Below are positions 28,983 to 39,000 of a DNA stretch of 64,000 bases, one piece after another. The stretch's first letter is position 1, and every line of letters begins with the position of its first letter. Position numbers and translations under genes: made by a program. Source of the DNA: an uncultured bacterium (GTDB taxonomy: Bacteria; SAR324; NAC60-12); the NCBI GenBank assembly GCA_965662845.1, contig CBFIJD010000003.1, positions 387-64,386 on the forward strand. Reading direction: 5' to 3'. The notes below the pieces were generated by a model. It saw only the letters and a list, made by a program, of their open reading frames with translations. It did not search any database and was not told the origin of the DNA.

Positions 28983-29294
28983 GCTTGGCGCGGTTTCGAG
29001 GCCACCCCTCCCCGTCTCCGCGTTCTCACCAAAAATCCTGATTGAAGCCAGCCCCAACCACCTCACGCTGATCACCGATCACTCGTGGCCACAGCCCCAA
29101 ACGCCCACAAAGCCCCCACTCCTCTCAGAGAAGAGACTGAGGACTCCGGAAACCTCTTCAAAAGCAAGACACCGCCCCCAGAATCCTTGAAACCGCAGCC
29201 GCTCTTTGTGCTCGACCAGCCAGTCGGTTGAACGCAGCGGTTCGGTGCTCAAGGTCACGTTTCGGGCGCGGCTGATTTTTCTCTTGACGAACTG

Positions 29295-29321
29295 TTAGCA
29301 CTCTATTACTTTGAGTGCTAA
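29295..29321 (+). promoter_or_regulatory. CIRCE element (HrcA operator) upstream of hsp20
   Basis: TTAGCACTC-tattacttt-GAGTGCTAA is a perfect match to the CIRCE consensus TTAGCACTC-N9-GAGTGCTAA. TTGACG lies just upstream at 29284-29289, and the element is 62 nt before the hsp20 ATG. Confidence 0.85.
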
Positions 29322-29382
29322 CAATAACGACGGCGCATTTTCTTGGCGACGTTAATGATTCACCTCAATCAGGAGAAGTTCC

Positions 29383-29820
29383 ATGTATCCCACAACCACT
29401 CGCAACCTCCCCGCTTCCCCGTTCCGCAGCCTGCTCGAAGATTTTTTTGGAGAATCTGCGATGAACGACATGTTCGGAGAAGGCGCCGCCACCCGACGTT
29501 TCTTGCCGGCAATGGACTTGCGCGAAGACAACGACGCCTACTTTGCCACGGTAGAGCTGCCCGGTCTGCGCAAAGAGGATGTGAAAATTTCACTGCATGA
29601 GCAAGTGCTCACCATCCAAGGTGAGAAGAAGAGCAACCACGAAGAGCAAAAAGAAGGTCTGTTGCGCATGGAGCGTAGCTACGGCGGCTTTCAACGGCGC
29701 TTGCGGCTGCCTCTGGCTGTAGACGCCGAGCACATCCACGCTGAGATGAAAGAAGGCGTCTTGGAGCTGCGACTGCCTAAAGTACAAAAAGCGGAAGCAC
29801 GCCAAATCACGATCAACTAA
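29383..29820 (+). CDS. Small heat-shock protein (Hsp20/alpha-crystallin family)
   Basis: ..PAMDLREDNDAYFATVELPGLRKEDVKISLHEQVLTIQGEKK....RMERSYGGFQRRLRLP.....AEMKEGVLELRLPK. Confidence 0.9.
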   Translation: MYPTTTRNLPASPFRSLLEDFFGESAMNDMFGEGAATRRFLPAMDLREDNDAYFATVELPGLRKEDVKISLHEQVLTIQGEKKSNHEEQKEGLLRMERSYGGFQRRLRLPLAVDAEHIHAEMKEGVLELRLPKVQKAEARQITIN

Positions 29821-29854
29821 CCCCTGAGGCGGCTTCCTCTTCAGGGAGCTGAGC

Positions 29855-32278
29855 TTACTCAGGAGCTTCTGGAGCCACGATCGGCAGCCAAACGGTCGTC
29901 GTGGTTCCGACCCCAACTTCACTCTCAATGGCAATCTCTCCGTGATTTTCGTGCAAAATGCGCTGCACAATTCCCATCCCCAGCCCCGTTCCTTGATCGC
30001 GCCCTTTCGTCGTGAAAAATTCCTCAAAGACTCTCTGTCGCACCTCCGGTGACATCCCCACGCCTGTGTCCTGAACATCAATCCGAATGCGCTTGTCTTC
30101 TCTGGAGCCACGGAGGGTCAGGATGCGCGTCTCTCGGTCAATCATCGCATCGCGGGCATTGTTCAAGATGTTGATGAGCACCTGCTCCAAGTGCGTCGGA
30201 ATCCCCACAACGGGTGGCAAATCGTCAGAGAGTTCTAGTTTACGGCTCATGCCATACTTGTCGAAGGTGTGACCAATCAACAGCCACACATTCTCTAGCA
30301 ACTCAGCGAGAGAGCACTGCTGTACATCTTCGCTTTCGCGTCGAGAGAAGTTTTGCATGTGTTGCAGACGCAGGCGGAGCTGCGCACAAATCTTCCGCAC
30401 GTCCCCAATTTTCTCGTGCAGCTTTTCATCCATCACCTTCTGCTGGCGCAGCGCCAGCGCCAACATCTGCGCTTTCAGATCCATCGCCGCGAGCGGAGAT
30501 TTCAGCTCATGCGCGAGAGAAGCGCTCGCTTCGCCCAACGAGACCAGCCGCGCCACATGCAGCGACTCCTCTTCTGCTTTTTTGCGCGCGGAGACGTCGG
30601 TCACGACTCCGAGGACTTCTGTCGGGTTCCCTGCTGCATCAAACACGGCTTCCCCTTCGCTGCTCACCCAGCGCAGCTCTCCACTGGCGTGATGAATGCG
30701 ATGCTCGACTTTCATCGGCACCCGCTCGGCAATCAGTCTCTGAAACGCCTCGCGTATGAGGGGGCGGTCTTCTTCAAAAACCGACTCTGTGCTGCGATAG
30801 GCCGACGAGAGCTGCGCCGTAGGCTCATAGCCGTGAATTTCATACAGCTCCTCGCTCCACCAGACTTCGTGAGTTTGCAGGTTGAAGCTCCACAACCCTG
30901 AGCGCGTGAGTTTGCGCATGCGGCGTGAGAAGTTGTCGCTGCGCTGCAGCTCTACCAGCAGGTTTTCGCGCTGCGTGGCGGTGGCGCGCTGCAAAGTAAT
31001 ATCGCTCAGAGCCCCGAAGAGTTCTAACGGCTCCCCTTCAGGAGAACGACGCAACGCGGCGTCATCGCGAATCCAACGAATTTCTCCGTGACGAACGATG
31101 CGGAATTCACGAGACAAAAAATTGACGCCGTCAAACAGAGACTCTAGCCCCCGCGCGACTTCATCGCGGTCATCTGGGTGAATACAGCTCAAAAATGTTT
31201 CGCTCGTCACCTCTTGCCCTACCTCCAACCCCATGATCTCAAAACACTCTGGGCTCCAATAAGAGGCATCGGTGCGGATGTCCCAGCTCCACACGCCAGA
31301 TTTGGTGAGTTCCCGCACACGTCTGGACAGACGCTCGCTTCGTTGCAGCTCTTCTTCCAGGCGCTTTTGTGCTGTCACATCACGAATCAGCCCCAACAGC
31401 CGTGGAGAGCCGTCTTCTTCGATGGCTCGGCCCAGCACTTCGCGCCACTCCCAGCGTTCGTCGGTGCGGATTCGATAATAGACGGTGAAAGTCTTCTCTT
31501 CTGAAGAGACCGCGCGTTCCCAGATTTCTTGCAATCGCAGCTGATCGTCAGGGTGAATCCACTCTAAGAACTCAGGCAGCGGCAAGTTCTCACTCGCTGG
31601 CAAGCTCTGCAACCGCGCATAGTCACCGTCGTAACAGAGCACCTGTTGCTCCCAGTCAATCTCAGCCAATTTGAGCCCGGCCGCTTCTAGCGAGAGGTTG
31701 AGCCGCTGGAGCAGGCGCATGTTGCGCTCTTCACTCTGACGAATCGTGCTGAGGTCGTGCAGGAAGGCGGTGTATCCAATCTTGCCGTCTGTTTCTGTGC
31801 GAGACAGCGACAAGCTCACCCAGCAACGGGAGCCATCTTTGCGCTCCAACTCCACCTCGCGAAAGGTTCCCACGATCACATCGTGGCCTGTGCAGCGATT
31901 GCGGCCAACGTAGTCATCATGATGCGCTTGCAATTCGTGCGGGACCAGCATGCTCACATTGCGACCGAGCACCTCTTCTGACGTGTATCCCCACAACCTC
32001 TCGGCGGCTTTGTTGTAGAACGTGACGCGATTTTCGTGGTCGATGATCACCACCGCGTCAATCGTTTGCTGCAACGTCTGGTGCACCAGCTCAGAGTCAG
32101 ACGCAGGCGCAGGCGCGCGGTTGTGCAGCTGTGATTGCAGTTCGTTCACGGTCGCAACCAGCGGATCATCCTCAGGATTCGCCAGCAGCGCGTCTCCTAC
32201 AGAATCGGGGTTGTGTGCCAGCTGCTGCAGCCGTTGCCAAAGCGCAGCGGTCAGTTGTGGGATCTCAGACATGATCAC
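29855..32278 (-). CDS. Multi-PAS sensor histidine kinase (cytoplasmic, no receiver)
   Basis: There are three to four PAS/PAC modules (..VTFYNKAAERLWGYTSEEVLGRNVSMLVPH.. and ..WSPECFEIMG..). HisKA is ..LAHELKSPLAAM.. and HATPase is ..NILNNARDAM....VQDTGVGMSPEV..GTGLGMGIVQRIL.. Confidence 0.85.
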   Translation of the reverse strand: MIMSEIPQLTAALWQRLQQLAHNPDSVGDALLANPEDDPLVATVNELQSQLHNRAPAPASDSELVHQTLQQTIDAVVIIDHENRVTFYNKAAERLWGYTSEEVLGRNVSMLVPHELQAHHDDYVGRNRCTGHDVIVGTFREVELERKDGSRCWVSLSLSRTETDGKIGYTAFLHDLSTIRQSEERNMRLLQRLNLSLEAAGLKLAEIDWEQQVLCYDGDYARLQSLPASENLPLPEFLEWIHPDDQLRLQEIWERAVSSEEKTFTVYYRIRTDERWEWREVLGRAIEEDGSPRLLGLIRDVTAQKRLEEELQRSERLSRRVRELTKSGVWSWDIRTDASYWSPECFEIMGLEVGQEVTSETFLSCIHPDDRDEVARGLESLFDGVNFLSREFRIVRHGEIRWIRDDAALRRSPEGEPLELFGALSDITLQRATATQRENLLVELQRSDNFSRRMRKLTRSGLWSFNLQTHEVWWSEELYEIHGYEPTAQLSSAYRSTESVFEEDRPLIREAFQRLIAERVPMKVEHRIHHASGELRWVSSEGEAVFDAAGNPTEVLGVVTDVSARKKAEEESLHVARLVSLGEASASLAHELKSPLAAMDLKAQMLALALRQQKVMDEKLHEKIGDVRKICAQLRLRLQHMQNFSRRESEDVQQCSLAELLENVWLLIGHTFDKYGMSRKLELSDDLPPVVGIPTHLEQVLINILNNARDAMIDRETRILTLRGSREDKRIRIDVQDTGVGMSPEVRQRVFEEFFTTKGRDQGTGLGMGIVQRILHENHGEIAIESEVGVGTTTTVWLPIVAPEAPE

Positions 32279-32456
32279 GGCTCAAGAGAGAAAAGCGGGT
32301 TGAGGGTGGTTCACCAAACTCGCGATGTACGGTGTTTTGGACGATAACGCAACAATTTTGTCACAATTCTAAAGACCGCGCTGGGCGACGCTGCGGAGGG
32401 AAAAGACGCGGCCCAGCCCGTCAGCCAGACTGGGCCACGTTGAGAGGAGCGGCGTG

Positions 32457-32831
32457 TCACTTTTTGAAAGACTTGATGCGATCGCGACAGTCGCTGAGCA
32501 AGTCGAGCATGGTTCCCTCAGGGATGCCGTTTGGCCAGTCCATGAAGTGCAAAAAATAAAGCTCCAAGATGTCTTTGCGCAGCCCACGATCACGCCACAT
32601 GCTATAGACATTCTCAAAATCAAACGGCAGCGGACGCTCATCCAAATCTTTGCGCTGTAAGAATTTCAACACGCTGTCGGGATAGTCCAAAATAAAGTTG
32701 CGGACGGTGTCTTCCGTAATCGGTCCTTTGCCAAAGACAATGTCTTGATCGTCGGGCAAGTCACTCACCCGATAATCTTCGGGCTTTGGCAGCTCAGCCC
32801 GCTGTTCGGGGGTAATCTTTACATCGCTCAT
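32457..32831 (-). CDS. Hypothetical protein (124 aa)
   Basis: AAGGAG precedes the ATG at 32831 (MSDVKITPEQRAELPKPEDY...). No family was recognised. The ORF-track start is an N-terminal extension. Confidence 0.4.
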   Translation of the reverse strand: MSDVKITPEQRAELPKPEDYRVSDLPDDQDIVFGKGPITEDTVRNFILDYPDSVLKFLQRKDLDERPLPFDFENVYSMWRDRGLRKDILELYFLHFMDWPNGIPEGTMLDLLSDCRDRIKSFKK

Positions 32832-33248
32832 CGTGACTCCTTTTGTGATGGGTTTCAGCTGTGTGAGAACACGCACAGACAGGCTTCCGCTCTGTGGTGA
32901 ACGTGTGGCGCAAGAGTAATAACTTGTATCTGACGTCGGACACAAGTCGGGAGGCGCGTTTCCTCTCCGAGAGCTTACTGTCGTGATGACATTCTCGCGA
33001 AGTCCAACGTATTTTTTTCAGAAGAGCGCGCGCTGCCACACCGCAGGAAGCCGGCCCAGCAGCCGACACACGCCCCTCTGCTCTTTGCAAGGCCCCCCAA
33101 GGCGCGCTGGAATGGCGGGCCTGGGTGCCGCGTTGATCGCCCACATGCTTTTACAAACGTCGTCGGGCACAAGCTTGCATCTTGCAAGGTGACTCTCTAA
33201 GTTGTCACTTTTTAGGGGTTCCTCACTTTTCCTTACACGAGATGCGCT

Positions 33249-33671
33249 ATGCACAAAGTCCTTTTGATGGAAGACGACCGCGACTTGCTAAACACGCTCA
33301 CCGACTTCTTGCAAGACGTTGGCTATGAGGTCGTCGCCGCAGAAAACGGACGAGAGGGGATGAAGATCATCTATAGTCAGCCCGACGACGCGCCGATCAA
33401 AGGGGTGGTTACAGATGTGAAGATGCCGTTTTACGATGGATTTGACGTCATCGTAGAGTTGAAGCGGACTCGCCCCAAGATGCCTGTCATAGCGTTGACA
33501 GGCGGCGGAGACTATCGCGGAGTCGACATTGAGACCGAGCTCGCGCGGCTGGACATCACAGGCTATTACATCAAGCCCACTTCGATGCTGCCCCTCGTTG
33601 CAAAGTTGAACGCTGCGATCGAGAAGAACGACCAAGAAGCCGCCGAGGAAGCCGCGAACAACGCGGGCTGA
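33249..33671 (+). CDS. Single-domain response regulator (CheY-like receiver)
   Basis: MHKVLLMEDDRDLLNTLTDFLQDVGYEVVAAENG..GVVTDVKMPFYDGFDVIVELKR...PVIALTGGGD.. shows the DD..D..K receiver residues. Confidence 0.8.
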   Translation: MHKVLLMEDDRDLLNTLTDFLQDVGYEVVAAENGREGMKIIYSQPDDAPIKGVVTDVKMPFYDGFDVIVELKRTRPKMPVIALTGGGDYRGVDIETELARLDITGYYIKPTSMLPLVAKLNAAIEKNDQEAAEEAANNAG

Positions 33672-33675
33672 GGCA

Positions 33676-34539
33676 ATGATGCACTACTACCTCGGCTGCC
33701 CTGAATGGAGCCGCTCCGAATGGAAGGGCTCGCTCTTCCCAACCGACGCCCGCCCCGCACAGTTTCTCTCCCACTACGCCCAAACCTTCTCTTGTGTCGA
33801 AGGCAACACCACGTTCTACGCCTTGCCTCGCGCCGAAATCGTCCAACGCTGGCGCGAAGAGACCCCTCCCCACTTTCGCTTCTGTTTCAAGTTTCACAAG
33901 AGCATCAGCCACGACAAGCGCCTGCAAAACGCCGAGGACGCGACGCAGCATTTCTTGCGCACACTCGCTCCGCTAGAAGACCGCCTGGGGCCGTTGTTTT
34001 TGCAGCTTCCCGCTGACTTCGGGCGCAATCGGTTACCGCTGCTACAAGCCTTTCTGGAACAGCTCCCCCAAGAGTTCCGCTATGCCGTCGAAGTCCGCAA
34101 CCTCGCCTATTTTGATGAAAGAGACACCGAGCGGGCATTTGATGAGCTTTTGCAGCGGCTCAACATCGGGCGAGTTCTGTTCGACACCCGTGAGCTGATG
34201 GCCTGCCATGACAACGACGCGTCCACCCACGACGCACAACGCAAGAAGCCCAAAGTTCCGGTGCGCTTTACCGCCACCAGTGACGCCCCTTTTGTTCGCT
34301 TTGTGGGCCACCCTGAAAACGCGAAGAATCATCTTGTGTTGCGCGACTGGGCTGAGCGCGTGGTCGAGTGGATTCGTGAGGGCCGCCGTCCTTACGTCTT
34401 CTTGCACACGCCAGCGGACAACATCTTGGCGCCCCAGCTAGCCCAGGATTTCCATGGTTTTGTGAGGGAGCGCCTCCCAGAGGTCCCTGAACTTCCAGGA
34501 GCGGTCTTGTCTGCTGCCGAACAGCTGTCGCTCTTTTAG
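33676..34539 (+). CDS. DUF72 family protein (YecE-like)
   Basis: ..YYLGCPEWSRSEWKGSLFP......TFYALP....RW..ETPPHFRFCFKFHKSISH.. is the DUF72 N-terminal signature. It is 5 bp downstream of the receiver gene. Confidence 0.75.
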   Translation: MMHYYLGCPEWSRSEWKGSLFPTDARPAQFLSHYAQTFSCVEGNTTFYALPRAEIVQRWREETPPHFRFCFKFHKSISHDKRLQNAEDATQHFLRTLAPLEDRLGPLFLQLPADFGRNRLPLLQAFLEQLPQEFRYAVEVRNLAYFDERDTERAFDELLQRLNIGRVLFDTRELMACHDNDASTHDAQRKKPKVPVRFTATSDAPFVRFVGHPENAKNHLVLRDWAERVVEWIREGRRPYVFLHTPADNILAPQLAQDFHGFVRERLPEVPELPGAVLSAAEQLSLF

Positions 34540-34576
34540 CGCAGCAGCGGCTGTGTCTTGAAGTAGGTGAGGCTAG

Positions 34577-35260
34577 CTATTGAGGAGGCAAAGGGAGAGT
34601 GGGCCCGTTCAAGTGCCCAGTTTTGATGAGTAACAGCGCGCCTTCGGGGCCGGTCTCTGGGGCGTGAGCAGAGCCATCGGGCAGGCGCAGCCACGCTCCG
34701 GCAGAGTATTCTCCAGCAGCGTCAAAGAAGGCACCACGCACGACATAAGTCTCTTCGCCTCCTGCGTGTTTGTGATGCGGGAGTTGGCGATGCGGTTCCG
34801 ACTCCAGCAGCCGCGTCACCGTTTCGCCATGCCGGTGCACGACCAACTCGCGGCTGCCCAGCCGAGGGCGTGGCTTCCAAGTTGCGAGGTTCGTGTCAAT
34901 GCGCACCGCCTGTTCGTCATCTGGCGCGAACTGCCACAACTTCACAAAAATGACACACCCCTCACGAGAAAACGGCGCGTGCGATGAGCCTGGTGGATTG
35001 CGCAAATAGCTACCTGCTGGATAATCACCATGCTCATCGGAGAACACCCCTTCGAGCACATAAATCTCCTCACCGCCGCCGTGCACATGCGAGGGAAACG
35101 CCGTGCCGGGTAAGTAGCGCACAATGCTGGTAGCTCGCGCGACTTCTCCCCCAATGCGATCGAGCATGCGACGCTCGATCCCGGCTTCTGGCGATGGGAT
35201 CCACCGCGCGCTTGCTGCTGAAGCCACCACTCGTTGCGAAAAATCAGCGTTCACTTCCAT
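34577..35260 (-). CDS. Bicupin (double cupin) protein, ChrR-C-terminal-like
   Basis: There are two cupin motifs: ..AFPSHVHGGGEEIYVLEGVFSDEHGDYPAGSY.. and ..QLPHHKHAGGEETYVVRGAFFDAAGEYSAGAW.. Confidence 0.6.
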   Translation of the reverse strand: MEVNADFSQRVVASAASARWIPSPEAGIERRMLDRIGGEVARATSIVRYLPGTAFPSHVHGGGEEIYVLEGVFSDEHGDYPAGSYLRNPPGSSHAPFSREGCVIFVKLWQFAPDDEQAVRIDTNLATWKPRPRLGSRELVVHRHGETVTRLLESEPHRQLPHHKHAGGEETYVVRGAFFDAAGEYSAGAWLRLPDGSAHAPETGPEGALLLIKTGHLNGPTLPLPPQ

Positions 35261-35313
35261 TTGTTGCTCTCCTTCAAAATTGCGCTCTGCTTCTCAGCTC
35301 CACACTGCTTATG

Positions 35314-36009
35314 TTTGACCTAACGATTCTCTACGAAGACAACCACCTGCTCGTGGTTGATAAGCCCGTCAACCTGCTCTCCCAGGCTGACCACAGCGGC
35401 GACCCCGACCTTTTGAACCAGCTCAAAGAGTTGATCAAAGTCCGTGACGCCAAACCGGGGAACGTTTTTCTCGGATTAGTGCATCGTCTCGACCGCCCTG
35501 TTGGAGGCGCGATGCTGTTCGCGAAGACCTCCAAAGCCGCGTCCCGATTGGCAGAACAGCTCCGCAATCGCACCCTGCGCAAGCACTATCTCGCGGTGGT
35601 GCATGGCGATGTGGCCGCCTCCGCCGACACACTCTGCGACTGGCTGCTCAAGGATCGTGCGCACAATCTTGTCCGCGTTGTTGCGCCACAGACTTCTCAG
35701 GCCCAAGAAGCCATTCTGCATTTTGAACGCCTCGCCACCCAAGGCCCCTACTCGTTGCTGCGCGTGGAGCTTGAGACGGGGCGCCCGCATCAAATTCGTG
35801 TGCAGCTCGCTCACGCAGGCCACCCGCTGTTGGGAGATCATCGCTATGGCCGCAGAGACAAAGCCTCCACGCCGGCGCTGTGGTCACACAAACTGGAGTG
35901 GAAGCACCCCACTCGCGACGAGACTTTGCACGTGCTCAGCTGGCCCCCGCTCCAGTTTCCGTGGGGGAACTTTCCCATTCTCCAAACGGATCTGATCCCT
36001 GCTGAATGA
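35314..36009 (+). CDS. RluA-family pseudouridine synthase
   Basis: ..ILYEDNHLLVVDKP.....GLVHRLDRPVGGAMLFAKT..A...L........K.YLAVV.G.....HQIRVQLAHAGHPLLGD.RYG shows the RluA HRLD catalytic motif. The start is the internal Met at 35314. Confidence 0.85.
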   Translation, partial: FDLTILYEDNHLLVVDKPVNLLSQADHSGDPDLLNQLKELIKVRDAKPGNVFLGLVHRLDRPVGGAMLFAKTSKAASRLAEQLRNRTLRKHYLAVVHGDVAASADTLCDWLLKDRAHNLVRVVAPQTSQAQEAILHFERLATQGPYSLLRVELETGRPHQIRVQLAHAGHPLLGDHRYGRRDKASTPALWSHKLEWKHPTRDETLHVLSWPPLQFPWGNFPILQTDLIPAE

Positions 36010-36093
36010 GGCATTCTCCACGCGCTCTAAGCGGCGCCAGCGTGTCACTGTAACTGCAACTGTAACTCTTGGCAGCACGGACGCCGCTCGCGC

Positions 36094-39000
36094 TCAGTTG
36101 GGCTGCGGGAAGCTGAGGCTGCGCTTGACCACCTCTTCAAAGCCAGAGTTGCGCAACTTCTGATAGTCGCTCTGGTGGATATAAAAGTAGTCGTTGACCT
36201 GAAACCCGGTGGTTGTGACAAGCGACTGCTGCACAGGCACCTGAAACCGGTCAAAGCTGTCGGCCATGCGATAGAAAATCAACGGAGCGTCCTCGAGCGT
36301 GAGCTTCACCCGCAAGAAGGGTTGCGAGAGCCGCTGGAACTTGCCGGCGGTGTCTTCTTGCACAATGTAGCCTTTGTCGTCATCTCCCAAGAACTCCAGG
36401 TGCAACCGCGGGTTATACAAAAAGCCTTGCTTCTCCGTCGCGATCGGTGGCGGCGAATCATACAAGATCGATTGCTCTAACTCGCGAGGGAACAACATCG
36501 CCGAGGACTTCGCAGTGATTTGAAAATAGTAGCAATAGCCACAAGTCCCGTCCGCGAAGTGGACTTTGTTCATTTTGCCCGCCTCGATGTTCAAATGTCG
36601 CAGGCTCAGCGCATACGCGACACGGCTGTGAATCTGGGGCGCCTCTCGCACGTAGATCAGCAACCCTGTTGGGCGACCACGCGGGTTGGTGACCACGCTG
36701 ACCGTCGCTTCTGTGTCCCAGCAATTCTCAAAGCGCAGCAGCTGTTGGGCGAGCACTTCCGGTTTCGCGCTCAGCAAGAACCGGTTGGGAAACGTCGCAA
36801 AAAACCAGTCCATCTGGCGTTGGTAGTTGGCAATCAGTTGGTCAAGCGTCTCGGCGCTCACATGCTGCCGAATGCTGCGGATCAATTTTTCCGTGGTTTG
36901 GTCCGTCCCTTTCTCATCTAGCGAGCCCATCTTGAGGTGGCGCCACAGCTTCTCCATCTCTTCGCGATCGCGCAGCAACCGCTCATGCTCTTGTGGTTGT
37001 AGTCTCGCCACAGGAGAGAACAGCGCGTCATCCAAGGTGCTCTGCAAGCTCTGCTGAATCAGCAAGTTGATGCGCGTGTCAAATTCGAGGTCTTGCTTCT
37101 TTTTGTCCAAGTAGTTGTTGATCGCTTCCATTGGGTCGTGGGGATATCCGTTGGAGCGCATTTCGGTATACACCCGATAGGTTTCTTCAAAGAAGTTGCG
37201 CAGCGGCCGCGTGTCTTTCGCGGTCACGTCGCTCACCGAGCGATAGTCCGAGAGGTTCACTAAATAGAGCAAAATCACGTTCACTAGGTCACGGTTTGCG
37301 ATCTCAAAAAACTGTTGCACGGCTTGGTCAAAATAAGCCGAGGTCTTGCTCAGGCGCGCTACCGTCATGTGATGCACAATCAGCAACGAGATCAGACTAA
37401 ACAGCTCCGGGTCGTTGTAGCCTAGGCGCTCCAGCGCGCGCACGGCCATCGACGTCCCTGAGATTTGGTGGCGGGTGCTCGGATCAATCTTGCCCACATC
37501 ATGGAACAACATCGACCACTTCAGCGCCAAGATGTGCTTGGGTTTCAAGTGCTGATGCAACTCGGGATATTGTCGCTTCAACGTGCCCAGCTCCTCTTCG
37601 GCGGCCTCCACGGCGTTGAGCGAGTGCACACAGACCGGGTGCTGATGATAGGTCAGGTTTCGCAGCAGAAAGCGCATTTGGTTGCACTCGGGGATAAAGC
37701 GACCCAGCAGCGTATCGGGCACCAACGCTTGCTCTGCTGCTCCCTCGAAACAAGAAGGGTCGTTCATGCCAATCGGGTCATGGATCTCAAGCATGATCCG
37801 CAGTGCGCGGTCTACATAAGGCGTCATCATCAACTCTGAGAATTTCTCGGTCATCTCAGGCGCCTTGTCCCGAATGAGGTCGGTCGTGAGCGTCTGGAGC
37901 ACATCGGCCATTTCGTCTTTGAGCTCAAAAGCGAGGTCATAGCCCATCTTGCCAATGTAAATGAACAAGTCCATCAGGCGCAGCGGATCGCTAAAAATCA
38001 GGCGCAGCGGGACTTGTGGCATGCCTTCTAGGGCGTTGATTTCCACAATCCGTCGTCGGCGCAGATAGACGGTCACTTGGAACATCTGAAACGTCCGCAC
38101 CACCTTACGCTCTAGGATGTTGCGCACTAGCGCACGCGAAAGCTCTTGGATGTTGTGCTGCATCAAGAGGCGGAAGCGGTCAAAGTCATCCACGTTGCGG
38201 AAGCGGCGCTTTTTCAGCAGATACAACCGCTCCATGTTGTCGTTGATCACGTTGGGCTCTAGCCCCGTTTCGTGGCAGCCGGAATCCCGTGCTTCTTCAT
38301 CAAAGTAATATTCTTGAGCAACGCCGGTGAAGTTGCGGATGTCATACGTAAACTCCAACGCTTGGCAGAGTTTGTATGCTTGGCGAGGGGTGAGCAAGCG
38401 ACGCTTGAGCAGCAACGCCAGCATCTCCACGGTGTAGGAAGGGAACTCTCCAAATGTAGCGGCGGCGATCCACAAGGGGACTTGCAGTGACCGCAAACCG
38501 CCCAGATCGTTCTTCAAATCGGCTTGGTTGAGTTGAGGCCGCGCCTGCGTCAGGTACGTCTCGAGCTTTTCCATCACATACGGTTCATACGGCAAAATCG
38601 CGAAGAAGTGCTGCTTGAGGGCATCGGCGAGCCGTTGGCTGCCCACCAACACGCGGCTCTCCAAAATCGAGGGGATCGTCTGGAGCATTCCACCTTGCTG
38701 AAAACGCTCGAAATCCTCGTCAATTTCAAAATATTGGTGCGCTGTCACTACGCGCGCGACGTTCAGCAGCGTCTCAATGCGAATCACGAGCTGGCGAATG
38801 ATCTCCGCTTCTCCGGCTTCCAAATGCGCCGTATCTAGGCAGTAGCCCAAGTCCCGATCAGACGCGAAGCTCAGCTCACCGCGCCCATATCCTCCACGCG
38901 CCAAGATGACCAAGTGCGCTTCCACAAACGCACGATCGATAGGGCAATCCTTCGCGGTGCGCAGCAGAGCTGCTAAGGTCGCAGTGCGTTCTTCATGTTC

